Of a DNA stretch of 64,000 nucleotides, positions 14,218 through 27,100 are shown piece by piece; position 1 is the stretch's first letter; each line of letters begins with the position of its first letter. The stretch is taken from assembly GCA_002633005.1 (NCBI GenBank), contig NMRA01000504.1, forward strand, positions 25,571-89,570, read 5' to 3'. The DNA is from Phoronis australis (Eukaryota; Animalia; Phoronida). A program made the position numbers and the translations under genes. The notes under the pieces are model-generated. The model saw only the letters and a list, made by a program, of their open reading frames with translations, did not search any database and had not been told where the DNA came from.

Positions 14218-15162
14218 CTAAAGATCTGTGGTGGCATCTCGATGTCTGGTCACATTTTCGTACATGTCTTCCTCGTCACTCTCGTCTCGTTGAGTTCTGT
14301 TGCGATAATCCAAAGTGTTCTCGTAAAACATTTCCGTCTCATCCCTGTCGGCGAACATATCCATTTCTATTCCAGAGCTGTCAGTTTCTTCAAACTTTAG
14401 TCTCTTTTGCAATTTCTTTTTTTCTTGGCGAAGTTCTTCGTCAGTGATTCCTGTAGAATTTTTCATTTCTTCAATCTTGTTTTTGTCGAAGATGGTTTCC
14501 TGCCTTTGTTGAAGCCTCCGCAGTGCTAGCCTTGATTTCTTCCGCTCTGCGGCACCTCGAATTCTGCGGTGAATTTCTTCGTCATAGTCTCCCTCTGCAG
14601 TTTCGACAACCTGCTGCAGGGCTAAGAACTTGCGTTTAAAGGCTGCATCCAACGTTCGCACCCTCTTCTTGGGCTCCGGCTTGGTTTGTGACTTGGCGAT
14701 TTTATAAACTGTCTTCCTCCGTTGCATGCCTCGGTCAGATGTCTCCTCGTCTTCTTCTTGTTCGATAGCCAAAGTTTCGTTTTTTTCACTGTCGTTTAAA
14801 GCTTGCAAATTTTTCGCCATTTCCAAGGCAGAGTCTATGTCCAAGCGATCTTTTCCGCTTGGGCAGTAGTCATCGTCGTCATCTCCTTTTTGTCTTCTTT
14901 TCAACCTTAAGATCACCTCAGTGGCGATGATATGCAAGAACGTCCAAAGTCTGTGCCACAACATTCCAAGATATTGAATGACGAGCAGTACTCCAAATGT
15001 GATCAGAAAGAGTAAACCGATAGGTTCAAGTTCCAGGGGTTTAGCATCCCCGGGTGCGAAGTTGCAGTTTGGCCAAGGAAGTGATAACGACGCCTTGTTA
15101 GAAGTCAGCAAGAACATCATCGTCACAAACATAGCATTTATCATGAAAAATCCCATCGTCGA
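14218..15162 (-). CDS. CHS: CHS-B exon 18 (last TM helices and charged C-terminal tail; stop codon)
   Basis: tttcag|TCGACGATG; LEPIGLLFLITFG...GMLWHR motif. Confidence 0.92.
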   Translation of the reverse strand, partial: STMGFFMINAMFVTMMFLLTSNKASLSLPWPNCNFAPGDAKPLELEPIGLLFLITFGVLLVIQYLGMLWHRLWTFLHIIATEVILRLKRRQKGDDDDDYCPSGKDRLDIDSALEMAKNLQALNDSEKNETLAIEQEEDEETSDRGMQRRKTVYKIAKSQTKPEPKKRVRTLDAAFKRKFLALQQVVETAEGDYDEEIHRRIRGAAERKKSRLALRRLQQRQETIFDKNKIEEMKNSTGITDEELRQEKKKLQKRLKFEETDSSGIEMDMFADRDETEMFYENTLDYRNRTQRDESDEEDMYENVTRHRDATTDL

Positions 15163-18100
15163 CTGAAATTAAAATAATAAAAATTGTATTAGAAATCAAA
15201 ACCTGGGTATTCCTTCGACTTGTGATAACTTAAGGTGACACGTTCAGATATTAAGCTGCATTTGTAGGTAGAAGAGTGCGCATCCAATACATGTACACAG
15301 ATATTTCCGGCAAACTGTTAATTACAGATAATGTAAACACTACATTATTGAGCATTTTTGCTCCTCCACTGATGGCGGGTAAACGGCATACGGTGAACAA
15401 ACGCAGAAGAAATTGGCCACGGTCTCTATTTGGGCCAGTTAAGAGGGTAGTGCCGTCTAGCTCGCGAAGGAAGGTAGTGATCTATTCAAAGCGAAAGTGT
15501 TCTTTTGAGAACTTGTGCAATTAACAATGCACTCGTCATACAAGTGCATTACATACGTGGATTGCACTCAGTCCAACGAGTGCATAGCTTCGTTCCTTCG
15601 CCGCCAGGTGAGAACGAGTAATAATACCCTCGTATGAGTGTAAAGCTTCGTTGTTTCACCGCCAGGTGGACGCAGGCACTATGTGAAAGACACTCTAACG
15701 AGCGCGTAGCCTTGCTCATTCACCGCTAGGTGGACGCTGGCACTGGCGAGTAAAATGCACTGCACGTACAAAACATGTTTTAGATGAACCTGGCTTCGAG
15801 GCTGCCTTCATCCATGCGAACTGCATAGGTTCGTTCTTTAGTCGCCAGGTGAACACAAACACGGGTGAAATGCACTCGTTCGAAATGTTATTGTACGTGG
15901 CTAAATGTGTGCACATGATTGGTTATATAGATGTTATTATTAGCAGTAATGAGGGCCACTAGTTTCCTAATCATACACAGCTCAATATACTTGTGCAAGG
16001 CTCTCGTTCAGACGTGAGACCTACACTGTTGCTGTCAATCTGGACGTTTTGTCTCTGGCAACCCTGCACAGACCAGAATGGTGACCGAATGTTTACAACT
16101 GCATGCACTTGTAAGACTTGCGCCCTATGGAACGCTGACGCATTCTTTTGAAAACGTGTGCAATACACATGTCATACCAGTGAAGTGCCCTCCTTCATAC
16201 AAGGAATAGTTTCGTTCCTTCGCCGGCAGACGGATCCGGGCAAAAGTCTTACGAGTTCATGCACTTGTTTATAGGAATGCTGCAAGGTCAATGCAAGCGT
16301 GGCGGGTGTCTTGGGGGCTCAGTTTTGCACTTCTTTATATTAGAGTCCCGGACAAATTGCACTTGTACATGCATATTGATCTGTGTATCTTGTGATATGG
16401 CTACTGGCAACTAGAAATAATATTGTATAAACAATCATGTGCACACATTTTACGGTGTATTATAATATTTAAAACGATCGCATTTCGCTCTTGCCTGCGT
16501 TCACCAGGTGGGGAAAGAACAAAGATATGCACTCGTATGAATGAATATATCCTCGAAGCCAGGCTTTCTAAAACATTTATACTAGTCACTCGCGTGAGGA
16601 GTGGTGCCTACATTCACCTGGCGGCGAAAGAACGAAGCTATGCACTCGTTCGTACGAGTGCATTTTTACTCGTTCTCAGCTGGAGGCGAAGAAATGAACC
16701 TATGAACCAGAGCATTTCACTAGTATGACGTGTGCATTTACTAGTATGACGAGTGGATTACAAATATTCTCAAATGAACACGTCTGTGTTCCATGGTGAT
16801 TACGTGCTTATTTCCCGAAGTCTTGTATGATCTTTCGTTTCACAAGGTTCTCGCGAAAACAGAACGTACGCCAGGCTTTCGAGTTTTGTACAAAATATCA
16901 CATGTCTATTCGCTTGCTTAGTATGACGCCATTTTGACGTTTTGGACCCAGTCAAACAAAAGTATATTGTCAAAATTAATATACTATAACAGTAGTTTGG
17001 CCAGATTTACCTAGAAAATCGAAAATCACTAACTGACCATGAACACAGTCAATCTTAATTCTTCTCAACTGTTCAGGAGCGCCCAATGGGTACAAACATT
17101 GTCAGAGCACACCAATTTATTCAAGCACATAATTTTGTAAAACTTCCAAGTTCTAAATAGTCCCCGTGGTCACCAAAACCGGAAAATTATCCAAAACCTG
17201 CACGGTTTTGGAAAATATGGCGTGACCGTGGATTTATTATCGTATTGTTTTTTAGTCCAAATTACGTCATAATGGTGGCAGAAACGTCATCACCAAACAT
17301 CCGAATATGCGTGTACATGTATCGTACTTGTACTACAGTATGTGCCGATAAAATGACTTATTTTGTTGTACAATATCTGCAACAACCAGTGAGACCTCTG
17401 TGACTTTGTCTGTGTCATATCGATTATTTGGCGCTTTAGTCAAAGGTAGAAAGTGCTGTCTTGGCTAAGCCGATCCTAACTTCGATTTTGATATGCACAC
17501 TGCTCATTATGGAGTCACGTGAAGGCGGTCGTTACATTTGTACGTGTAAAACTTAACAAACTTTTTAGGAGTTTCAAAATGCCTGTTTTTTTAAAAATCG
17601 TCTTATTTGCAATTGCGTCATTATAGTTGTCTTTAAGTAGCTTCGAGTGGACTTGCAACCATTAATAAAATGGACACAAAGATCTAAAGACGAGTGATTG
17701 CATTTTTCTATTGAACTAATGCTTTATTGACAGAAAAGTGTTTCTTGTTTTAGCGATAAAAGTGAAAGTTTTACAGTTTACTAGAGGTACACCTCTCCTG
17801 AGTTATAACGGTGTCCTACCTTATTTCGCAACTCGATCAATTCTTCTGCTATTTCCTTTTGTTTTTGCGGGTTGTTAAGCAGAGGGTACAGGTACTTGTC
17901 GATGAGCTCCTTCCAAAATCTTGCCTCGTCGTATATGAGACCACCGGTTTCACCATTGAGTAGTTCAGGATCAGCCAACCAACTGTTGAATCGCTTATGC
18001 ACCAGTGGTTCGGGTTCGGTCATGTCAACTATAAACATTTTCCAAACACTCGTGTTACTTAGCCAATGACAAAAACAGTTCTGATCAAAGCGTACCTTAC

Positions 18101-21100
18101 TCAACTTCTTTATTGTGTTCAGTTAAATGATGTTTGAAATAAGTCAATCACAAGACACTAAAATTGACGAAAACTTTGTTAATTTGAACCAGTTCAGCTT
18201 CCAAGTTCTATTAAACAGTAGGGACGGTGGATTACACCAAATGGAGCTGCATACAGGGTGCGCTTTGCACAGAGGAACAGGTTCTAGTCTAGGTCAACAA
18301 TCACTCGAAACCCGGCTAAGATCAACAATGTGTGCGTGCATGCTTGCGTGCGTTTGCGTGTGACGTACAATGCAGAGTATGATGTTTCCGGTTTAGAGTT
18401 TTAATCTGACAAGTCAAATAAAGCGCTACCTGGAGGATCGTCTTCGTCATCAGTGCTGCTCATTTCTTCGGGGATGTTACGCGAAATTGAGACATTTCTG
18501 CTCCTTGGTCGTCTTTTGCCAGTTATCACTCGAAGGTCTTTCTCCATACTGTCGATCTTTTCAAGAAGTGTAGCAAACTTCATGTCTTCTGGAGACTGTT
18601 CTTCTCGGGGACAACAGAGACATCTGTAGAAGGAAAGTTAAGCTGAGCAAAATTGCTAAGGTCTGTGTTTTGTATGAGCCTAAATTCTATCTTGAATTAC
18701 AATGACATTTATAAGTGTTTAGCTTAACCGCTGCAATTGTTGCTCAATGTATTTTTTTTTCTATCTTCTAGCATGTACCTGCAAAGATTTCCTATTGAAA
18801 TCCTCCACCCAGTTTCCCTTTTGGCACCGTTTTGGTCGAGGAAGAAGCTTAGAAGTTTGGTAGCTGTTCCGCTTTTTTTCTTCTCCTCTTCTAATCGTTT
18901 CTCTTCCGCCACCTGCTCTGGTGTTTTCGCTTGTTTGACCTCACGTGTTCCCCATGAAACCACGTGAAGGTTGCACAGTGAATATATTATCAATAAAAGA
19001 TACATGCACGGTATAGTGACGAAGTATATGAGACCACATGGCAGGTTCCAAAATTCTTGAGGATGAAGAAATGCAGCGGTGATGAACGACCCAGCGACTA
19101 TAAATAAAAACAAGGCGCTTGGCGAGCAGATACCGTCTTCAGCAATTTGCACTAAAACACCGACAAGGACGCCGGCCATTACCAGGCAGTATATTCCGGC
19201 CAGGATAAATGAAACCTTGAGCTGAAATAAGAAAATGGACCTCAATCAGCTACACATCAACAATAGCAAAACACAGCTTTGAAATGCACCCACATATGTA
19301 AAGCAAATGGTATGCTTCTAGGGGTCAACAGGGAACACCGCAACCGTACAAATTTAAAGTAAGTCAAGCTCTTGTCAGAAAAAGACAATTTTTATATCAT
19401 TTTCAGAATGGTTCTTTGAGAAGTTTGACGGATAGAGTCGGATGCCAAAAAGAGAATAAAAAACAATAACAAAGTCAAAGTTCATGAAGATTTGCCAAGG
19501 ACTTCTGAAGATGAAGAGTCAAATGTAAAAAATATAAATTGCCGGTAGGGGGGGCACATCAGTGGTCAAAACGTTCCGAAAATTGTTGTCTCTATTGTCA
19601 GCTTCATGGAAACATATCTGCCAAAGATCAAGAAGAGCCTTCCAGCGCATTAGGAAATTCAACAATGGACGTCGGATGATGGATGCCGAACGAAAAACAT
19701 AATTACATCTCTGGTGAAAGAATTCAAGGAAATGGTTATTTTTGGGATCATGTTCCATTCATAACCATTTCCTGACCTCTACCTGGAAATCAATTTACTC
19801 AGACAAACTAGAAATGCCATCATGTAAAGTTAATTCTATCCCCAAACATTTTTTTTTCAGGGCAGGCTGAGGCTGTTGTGAATAGCGCCAAATAAGTTTC
19901 GTATCTTAACGGGTTGCTCAACCCGTGCTTTACATCAATTGTGTGAGCAGAAGTTGAACGTGCCGAACATTAGTGAACATGCATCTAAGCATCTGACCTA
20001 TCGCAAGCTCCGCCCCTTGCGTAATGTTGACTAACAAACAATAAGTTTTACCCGACAACGTATTGTTTGTCGGGTAAAATGGCGGCTTGAAAATGCTGGT
20101 GTGTCAAGAATGATGCGTTCTGATTGGTCAATTAAGCCGTCACTGAAAATCCTGGCGATAGGTCAATTCCCGTATAATGGCACATTCAAACCTTTTACCT
20201 GGAGCGCGGGCTTTGCAAGATAGCACAGTATAACGAACAGGATGATGGGAATGGCATTGATCCAGAAGGCGAACTGGAAGCCCGTGTCCATGACAGTCTC
20301 GACTGCACCGACGATCATCATGAAAATAGTTCCGGGACCAATGAGAGAAAAGAACATGAGAATTCCTGCAAACAGAACGATGAAAGCAGGTGAATTCAAA
20401 CAAGCCTCCCGTTTTCGATATCGAAAATATTTGTACTAGCGCAGGCGCATTTTAGCTTCCAAAACAAAATTATCGGATTCGTATATTCTTCGTCTGAAAT
20501 TATATTGTTGACAAGGCGTGGTCAAGATAAACCCTTCGTGCCAGAATATCTATTCACAGCCATGATAACCGTAATTTTCGAAGGCCAAGTGGCTTCCGTC
20601 TTATAAGCAGAGCAACATCTTGTCGTTTTTAAGCTCAGGTTTCATCTCTAATACAATGAAGGGTCACAGTGGAACTAGTGTTATAGTGGTAAGTGATCTA
20701 TGTCAAAAGTATAGTCGCAGTTTAATATCGAAATCGTCGAAGCAAGAGAGGTGTACTGACTCTATGTCCCTATGCAGCATTTTACGCATACTAATGTTCC
20801 TCGCTAATGGTTTCAACAACTTTTGCCTCAGACAGATGAACTAATAAAACATCAAAAGCTGGTTTTAAGCGATCAGAAATCTACCATACCGTGATACAAA
20901 ATGTACAGGAACGAGATGTTTTCGTTTTTCTTGATGGTGTTCTTCCAGTCCTTCAAGAGGTCAAATATATTGGCCATGGTAGACGGTGTCCAGCGCCTTC
21001 TCTGATTGAAGAACTCGTCAAATCCTTCAGGGCAATAAGTCAAGGCATCTGATGCGGCATTGTATTCAACGCGGTAACCTTGTTGAAGTAGAAGGGTGCA

Positions 21101-24100
21101 GAGCCAGCGGTCCTCACCTGGTTGGTCGATAAAGCGGGTGCAATAATTACTGTTAGGCAAAGACATCCTAACTGTTCAAATATCACGCGTGATATCATGA
21201 GAAAACGATGACCACAGCAAAAAGATTAGACCTACTTCCTTTCAGAATCATTCACTTGAAAAACGTGCTGGTAGATTCCTTATTAATACACGTTTGCACA
21301 TTGCGTTGGTGACGTTCTCTTCTACATTTTGGTTGTGAAATTCAAAATGCTACTTGTAATCTATTGGCTACTTGCGGGTCCAGTGAATGTAAATTATCAT
21401 GACGAAAATATACCACAAATGGCCAAAGAGTAATCGTTTAGATTTTTGAAACGATTTCATTCACCATTCTGACCAGCTCAAAATAGAGCCAAGAGAACCG
21501 TGCGCCATCAGCCGACACAAACATGGAACAGACAGTGTGCATGAGAATCTTTTGCACAAGCGAAATGTATTAATGGAACAGACCCGCCAATAGAAGATTT
21601 TGAAAACGGGTATAAAGAAGAGGAACTCAGAAGCTATCGACAGCGTTCAGATGAGTTCGTTTGCATTGATACGTCATCGAACAACACTGTTCGGCATTTA
21701 ACTACAACCTGCCGACTCTATTTTTGTCTTCTTGTGACGTAATAGGAGACTATAGGAGATCAGAATTTGATGATTATATCACAATTACAGATAATTGGTT
21801 ACTATGATACGGCTATTCAATAATAAATTTCAACATTCTGTGTCGTCAATGACATTGATGAGCTTGGAAGTAGTAGTTTGAAGTTTGCTTCCAAGCGATG
21901 TGTTGTTCATTTGAAGGATTTAGGTTTTATACTTTTGTGACTTCATTTTACATGTGAATTGGATATTGAACCAGATGCCCACGCTCTTTCAAACGGCCGG
22001 AGAAACGACCAGTCGAAACGTGGGGCGAATATAGGTAGGCAAGACGTAAGTGTAAATAGGGTATTCTATTTTTTAAATGATCAGCCAAAAACTGAATATA
22101 TTTCCTAAGTGTACTGAGCTACAACAGCATGTGTACGTGCAACAATACGAATACCTTGATCATACTGAATGTAATCCATAGCTTGGGTAGGTTCCGTCGT
22201 GTATCGTTTCATCACATTATCGTCCATTATTGCAGATCCCCTAAACAAGCTGAAGCAGCCGGGACTACATAGGACGCAGCCGATCACGTGTTCAGTAGCC
22301 TTCTGGAACCAATGTCCGATCGCGTACTCGAATCGTTGATACCAAACCATGGGACCTGTGAATGCGAGCACATGAGTCTCCGTCTTGTACATCTAGTGTA
22401 TAACAGCAAACATTATGTTGTCATTGGTATATGCCCCATAACACATTGAAACATGCGAAACGTCAAAATATCACAAGAGCAAAACGCAATCGAACAGATC
22501 GAACAGGAACTGAACTCGCAGCCCAGGGGGGAGGGGGCTCGGGGGGCTCGAAGGAGACCCCCCCCCCCATTTTGGCGAAGTGGGCAAAAAGGTCGGCCCC
22601 AGAGAAACAAAAAGACCGAAGCAAACGAGACGAAAGTATACTAAAAAGGCGCAGATGCACAATTCACAGTACTGAAGATGGTACCCTATTTTTTTCTTTA
22701 GTCATCCTAGCTTTTTTGTTAACAAAAGGTCAACTTGGTCAGAAATTCGAGCCCCCCAAACTGAAGGCTGGGTGCGCGCATGGATTACAGATGTTACGTA
22801 TTATTTACGATAAACGGGACTCTTGGTTAGTGCTTCAACTGAAGTGATCAATCTCTCTCAGGCTAAACCATTTATCACAATCTTTTCTGAATATGACGTC
22901 TCATGCTATTCATAAACTAGTCAATGATTGAAGTATGCGTCGCATTATATAGTACAATCTAATACCTGAGCCAATAGGGTGAATTCGTCCACATGCCGCT
23001 GCCACTTTGTCATTTTTCTTCATCAAATCCACTAGCAGTTGGACAGCACTTGGTTGGAAGTCAACGTCCCCGTCTAAGGCTAACAAGAACGTGTTGTCCG
23101 CACGGATCTGTTTTCGCGTGATGTTCATATCCTTCCGCGCAATCAGACGATATCCAAGAAAGTAGTACATGTACATAACCTGCAAGTAAAGTGTATGTAA
23201 TATAGAATTCTAGCTATGTAAATGAATAAATTCAATGTCGTCAATCTGAATTATCATCTGAACCATGTTAAAGATTTTGTTTGAAGCATATGCCTTTATA
23301 GGCCAGCAGGATTCTGGTGAATCTTGAGGTGACAAGACTGTTATGATATGCATTGAATGCGCAGCAATTCTACCTGACTCCATCTCTTCCTGTGGCGGAT
23401 TAGCACTTTGTCCTTCAGGTGAGCCGTCAACGTGTTTCCACCTGGTAGCTTCCACTCAAGTCGGCCTCCATACGGTGTCTTTGTCTTTGTTGGCGGATCC
23501 AGTTGAAGATCCACTTTATGAACCGCCCTGGTGAAATTGTACAAGTTGTTTTGAGCAAACCTTTGAGACAAGACTTCTAGTAAAACTTTCAATATTTCTC
23601 TATACCGGTGCAAACGTGAGAAAGCAAAGATCCGGAATCTTTGCAACACAGTTATGGCTTCGTTATGACACGTGTTGGTAACAGTGGTAAACCTACAGTA
23701 AGTACTCACTTTGCTGCAATATCGATGACTCTGACAAGTTTCTTCACGAATTGATTAACCTCGCCAGGTTCTTCTCCTTCAGCGTGTGGTTCGAAGGCAT
23801 CGTCAAAGAAAATGTGCCCTGTATGAAAAGGAAATTGAACTCACGTTTAAGGTTACTATTTCTCAAAAATTTCTATTTTAAAAATAGTCAGATTGTGAAA
23901 GGAAATCCGTGATAGACTGCAAGATGCATGTTAGCCAACAGCATGGGAGACTCGATTCCCTGCTCCAGCCGAAGTCAAACTCAGTCCCGAAGAGGCCGGA
24001 GGCCTTTTATTGAAGTTTTCCAACCGAAAGCAGGGTCGTTTCAACAAAGCTCCTTGAAAATGCTGCGAATCTTACCTAAGTTCTGATATTACATCATGCG

Positions 24101-27100
24101 CCCACCCAGGGGGAATCGGGAGGGCTCGAGTGAGCCTCCACCCCCCCTCATAGGGCGAAATGGGCAAACACAGAAACAAAAACTCCGAAAAATAGAAAAC
24201 GAGACAAAAGTCCAATTAAAAGGCAGGCATTACCAAAATTTGGCGAATGCACAATTCAAGGCTTTGAACGTACCCTGTGAATATTAGCAAAATGTGCACA
24301 TTCTCAAAAATTCGACCCACCCCCTGTATTTTAGGCTATGTGTGCTCATGTACATCACACAACTCTCGCTGAATATTTCTGTGCAAGTTCGAGCTATTCA
24401 TTTCTTGATAGACATGGCGTTGTTTGTGGCTCTTTCGAAGGTTACCTACTGCCTACATTTAATTCCACCTAAGGTAACCGGCTTTGGACCACGCGCTTCA
24501 GCTTCCAGTGTTACGCTAATTTCTTCTTTCTGTCATTTTGAAATTAAACTGAAGAAGGAAACTTGAATAGTTACAGCAACTGTCATGGCCGTAAAGAACA
24601 AAACGGTGAGTGTTTAACTCTTGACGTCAATTTTCTTTTTCGGCGATTGCTGTTTGAGTGCAACTCCAAACTTCAGAAAACGATGTCGCTAGAAAGAATC
24701 CACCAACATAAATCGTGTGTGAATTTTCTGACAGCACAATGTCTAATGTGACAATCGAGTTTTGGGTTTCTGGTAAGAAATTTTGTTATCGTTTGCGTTT
24801 AATTTAAAATAATGTACGTACTATTCTTTAAAAATTGCTTTAACTGAAAGTATTTTTACGATTAAAATACATCGGCGCAAGTCATGGAAAATCCCAGATA
24901 CATAAAAAAATTATGAAATCTGTTGCAATACCTTATTCCCGCCAATGCAAGAAAATTTAACGATGTTGTTGACTGAATTTACTAAGAAAATTTCGTTACG
25001 TTTAAGTACGCTGTAAATCCTTTATACATCAATCTTCCTTACTCTAGGATCTTGTTGGTGAAGTGCACACAGCAGATCTGGCGTTTCTGTATACGTCAAA
25101 CTTTTGTTATGGGAAGTTAAACACTTTAGCATTGTATTTTGCGATATTCATGGGCGCACCCAGTTTAGCGAATTGGACAAAAAAGGTACACCTCAGTGAA
25201 ACAAAACGTCCGAGTAAACGAGACAAAAGTTCACAAAATCCACGGGAGGTCGGCGCGGATACACAATTCGTGGCCCCGTTTTTTTTTAGTCCTCGTCGAT
25301 TTCTTTCAGTAAAATGTCTGCATGTCGAAAAATTCGAGCCCCCCTATATTTTAGGCTGGATGCGCGCATGGATATTTACCTTCAAACTCATAGTAGTCTG
25401 GATCGATGATTTCAAACTGGTCCTGAGCAAGTCGACGGGCAGATTGATCTACGTCCATCCTGAAAGTATAGTCAAGTACTGTTTACAATGGTTTGTAACC
25501 CGATGACTAATGCTTCAACATTGACAACACATCGAGTGATGTCATTTCCAGGCGCAAGGCTTTCGTTTCTCTAACCTTCAAAAGGCTCACACACAGCCAG
25601 GTCTTACGTATAAGTAGAGTATGAAATTTGCTTTTGAGGATATCGTTGCCTAGGATATTGACCACCCTTCTTCAGGTCGTCACCCTCTCTTGTTACTAAT
25701 CAATCTCGCCCATGGTCGCCACTAGTTCCCTCTCTTCTTGTTCCCTCGGGTGGCCCCAAGTGCCACCTATCCCGCCACCACACACCATTTGTTATCCTCC
25801 GTTACCTTTTGTTACAGGCATTGTCGCGATCAGGCAGTAGGCTTACATTGTCATCCGTGGCACCCCCTTGGTTATATTAAGTGCTTGTTTCAGAATTGCA
25901 GAAAATGTTACTCTATTACATTGAACTAGGCTTTTACCTCATTACAGACGTCAGCATCTTAACCATCTCATTCTCCGTTTCATGCCACATGGTGGCGCAC
26001 ACGTAAATCAGAGGAATGCTCTCTTTGTAGTATTTACTAGAAGAATACATCGACTTCCGTCCATCTATGCCTTTTCTTCTACTTTCGTTTGAGAATGCGT
26101 CGGCAATATTCTGCAAGATTATAGAACCAAATTTAATTGTCTCCATTTACAACTTGTATCATCCTTTCACAGGTATAATCTTATAAATCAATTTGTGGCT
26201 TTGATACACATCGAGAGTGAACCCTACATGTACGTTGAATTCTCAATATCATATAAAATAAATAGGGATCTTTTCATGTAACGCCCCTAATTTAAGGACT
26301 AAGTCCCTGTTTATTTTCTCTGAACTCGGGACAGTTTTTAGTCATATTATCAGAAAATACCATTAGTCACAAAGGAGCTCATAGCAAAGGTGAAAGGATT
26401 GAAAAAGGATACTTCAGCGAGTAAGGAAAGACACAAACGCGCAGTAGAATGAGGAAACTAGTTCATTCAGCGGAGCACTACAAGTCTTTAAATGATTGCA
26501 TTGGAAACTACGCTCACGGAATTGATCTTGCGAACTTCTTTGTCGTTTCGGCGACGGTTGTAGACCATCGACTGGTCCAGGAACAATGCAGAATAAAATG
26601 GACGAACGAACAGTCTGTAAAATAACAATGCATGTGTGAACAAAGAGAAACATCATAGAACACATTTTGAAAGTAAAATAATTTAGTGCTATTTTTGTGT
26701 ATATATTTACATCTTAAAGTGACAAGTGGGCATTCTTTCACGTGACCTGAAGGATTACTTTAAGCACTGTAACAGCGTTTTTAGGATTGAAATTTATATC
26801 GACAAAATTTCCCCTTATTTTGATACCGTTGAAGAGCTATAAATTTACCGTTCTTCTTGGCTTAATTTTACTAAAAAGACATGGTCATGTGACCCAATGA
26901 ATGGCAGCTTGATATAATGTTAAAAATCAAATAATGGTCTGGTTGTACTTCTTTGGCTTTTAGGTATTTGACTACATGCGCAGGCATGCCGTGTTTTTAA
27001 ATGAGTGTCTAAGTTGACTACCTGTGTGTTTTTGCCAGTCTTTCAGCAGTAGGGAACCATATGTGCTTGGTGAGCCATATTTGAGAGAGCATCCAAACGG

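Noticed and set aside
22413-22847. Cluster of overlapping Gly/Pro-rich ORFs
   Set aside because: Caused by G and C runs in a MITE.
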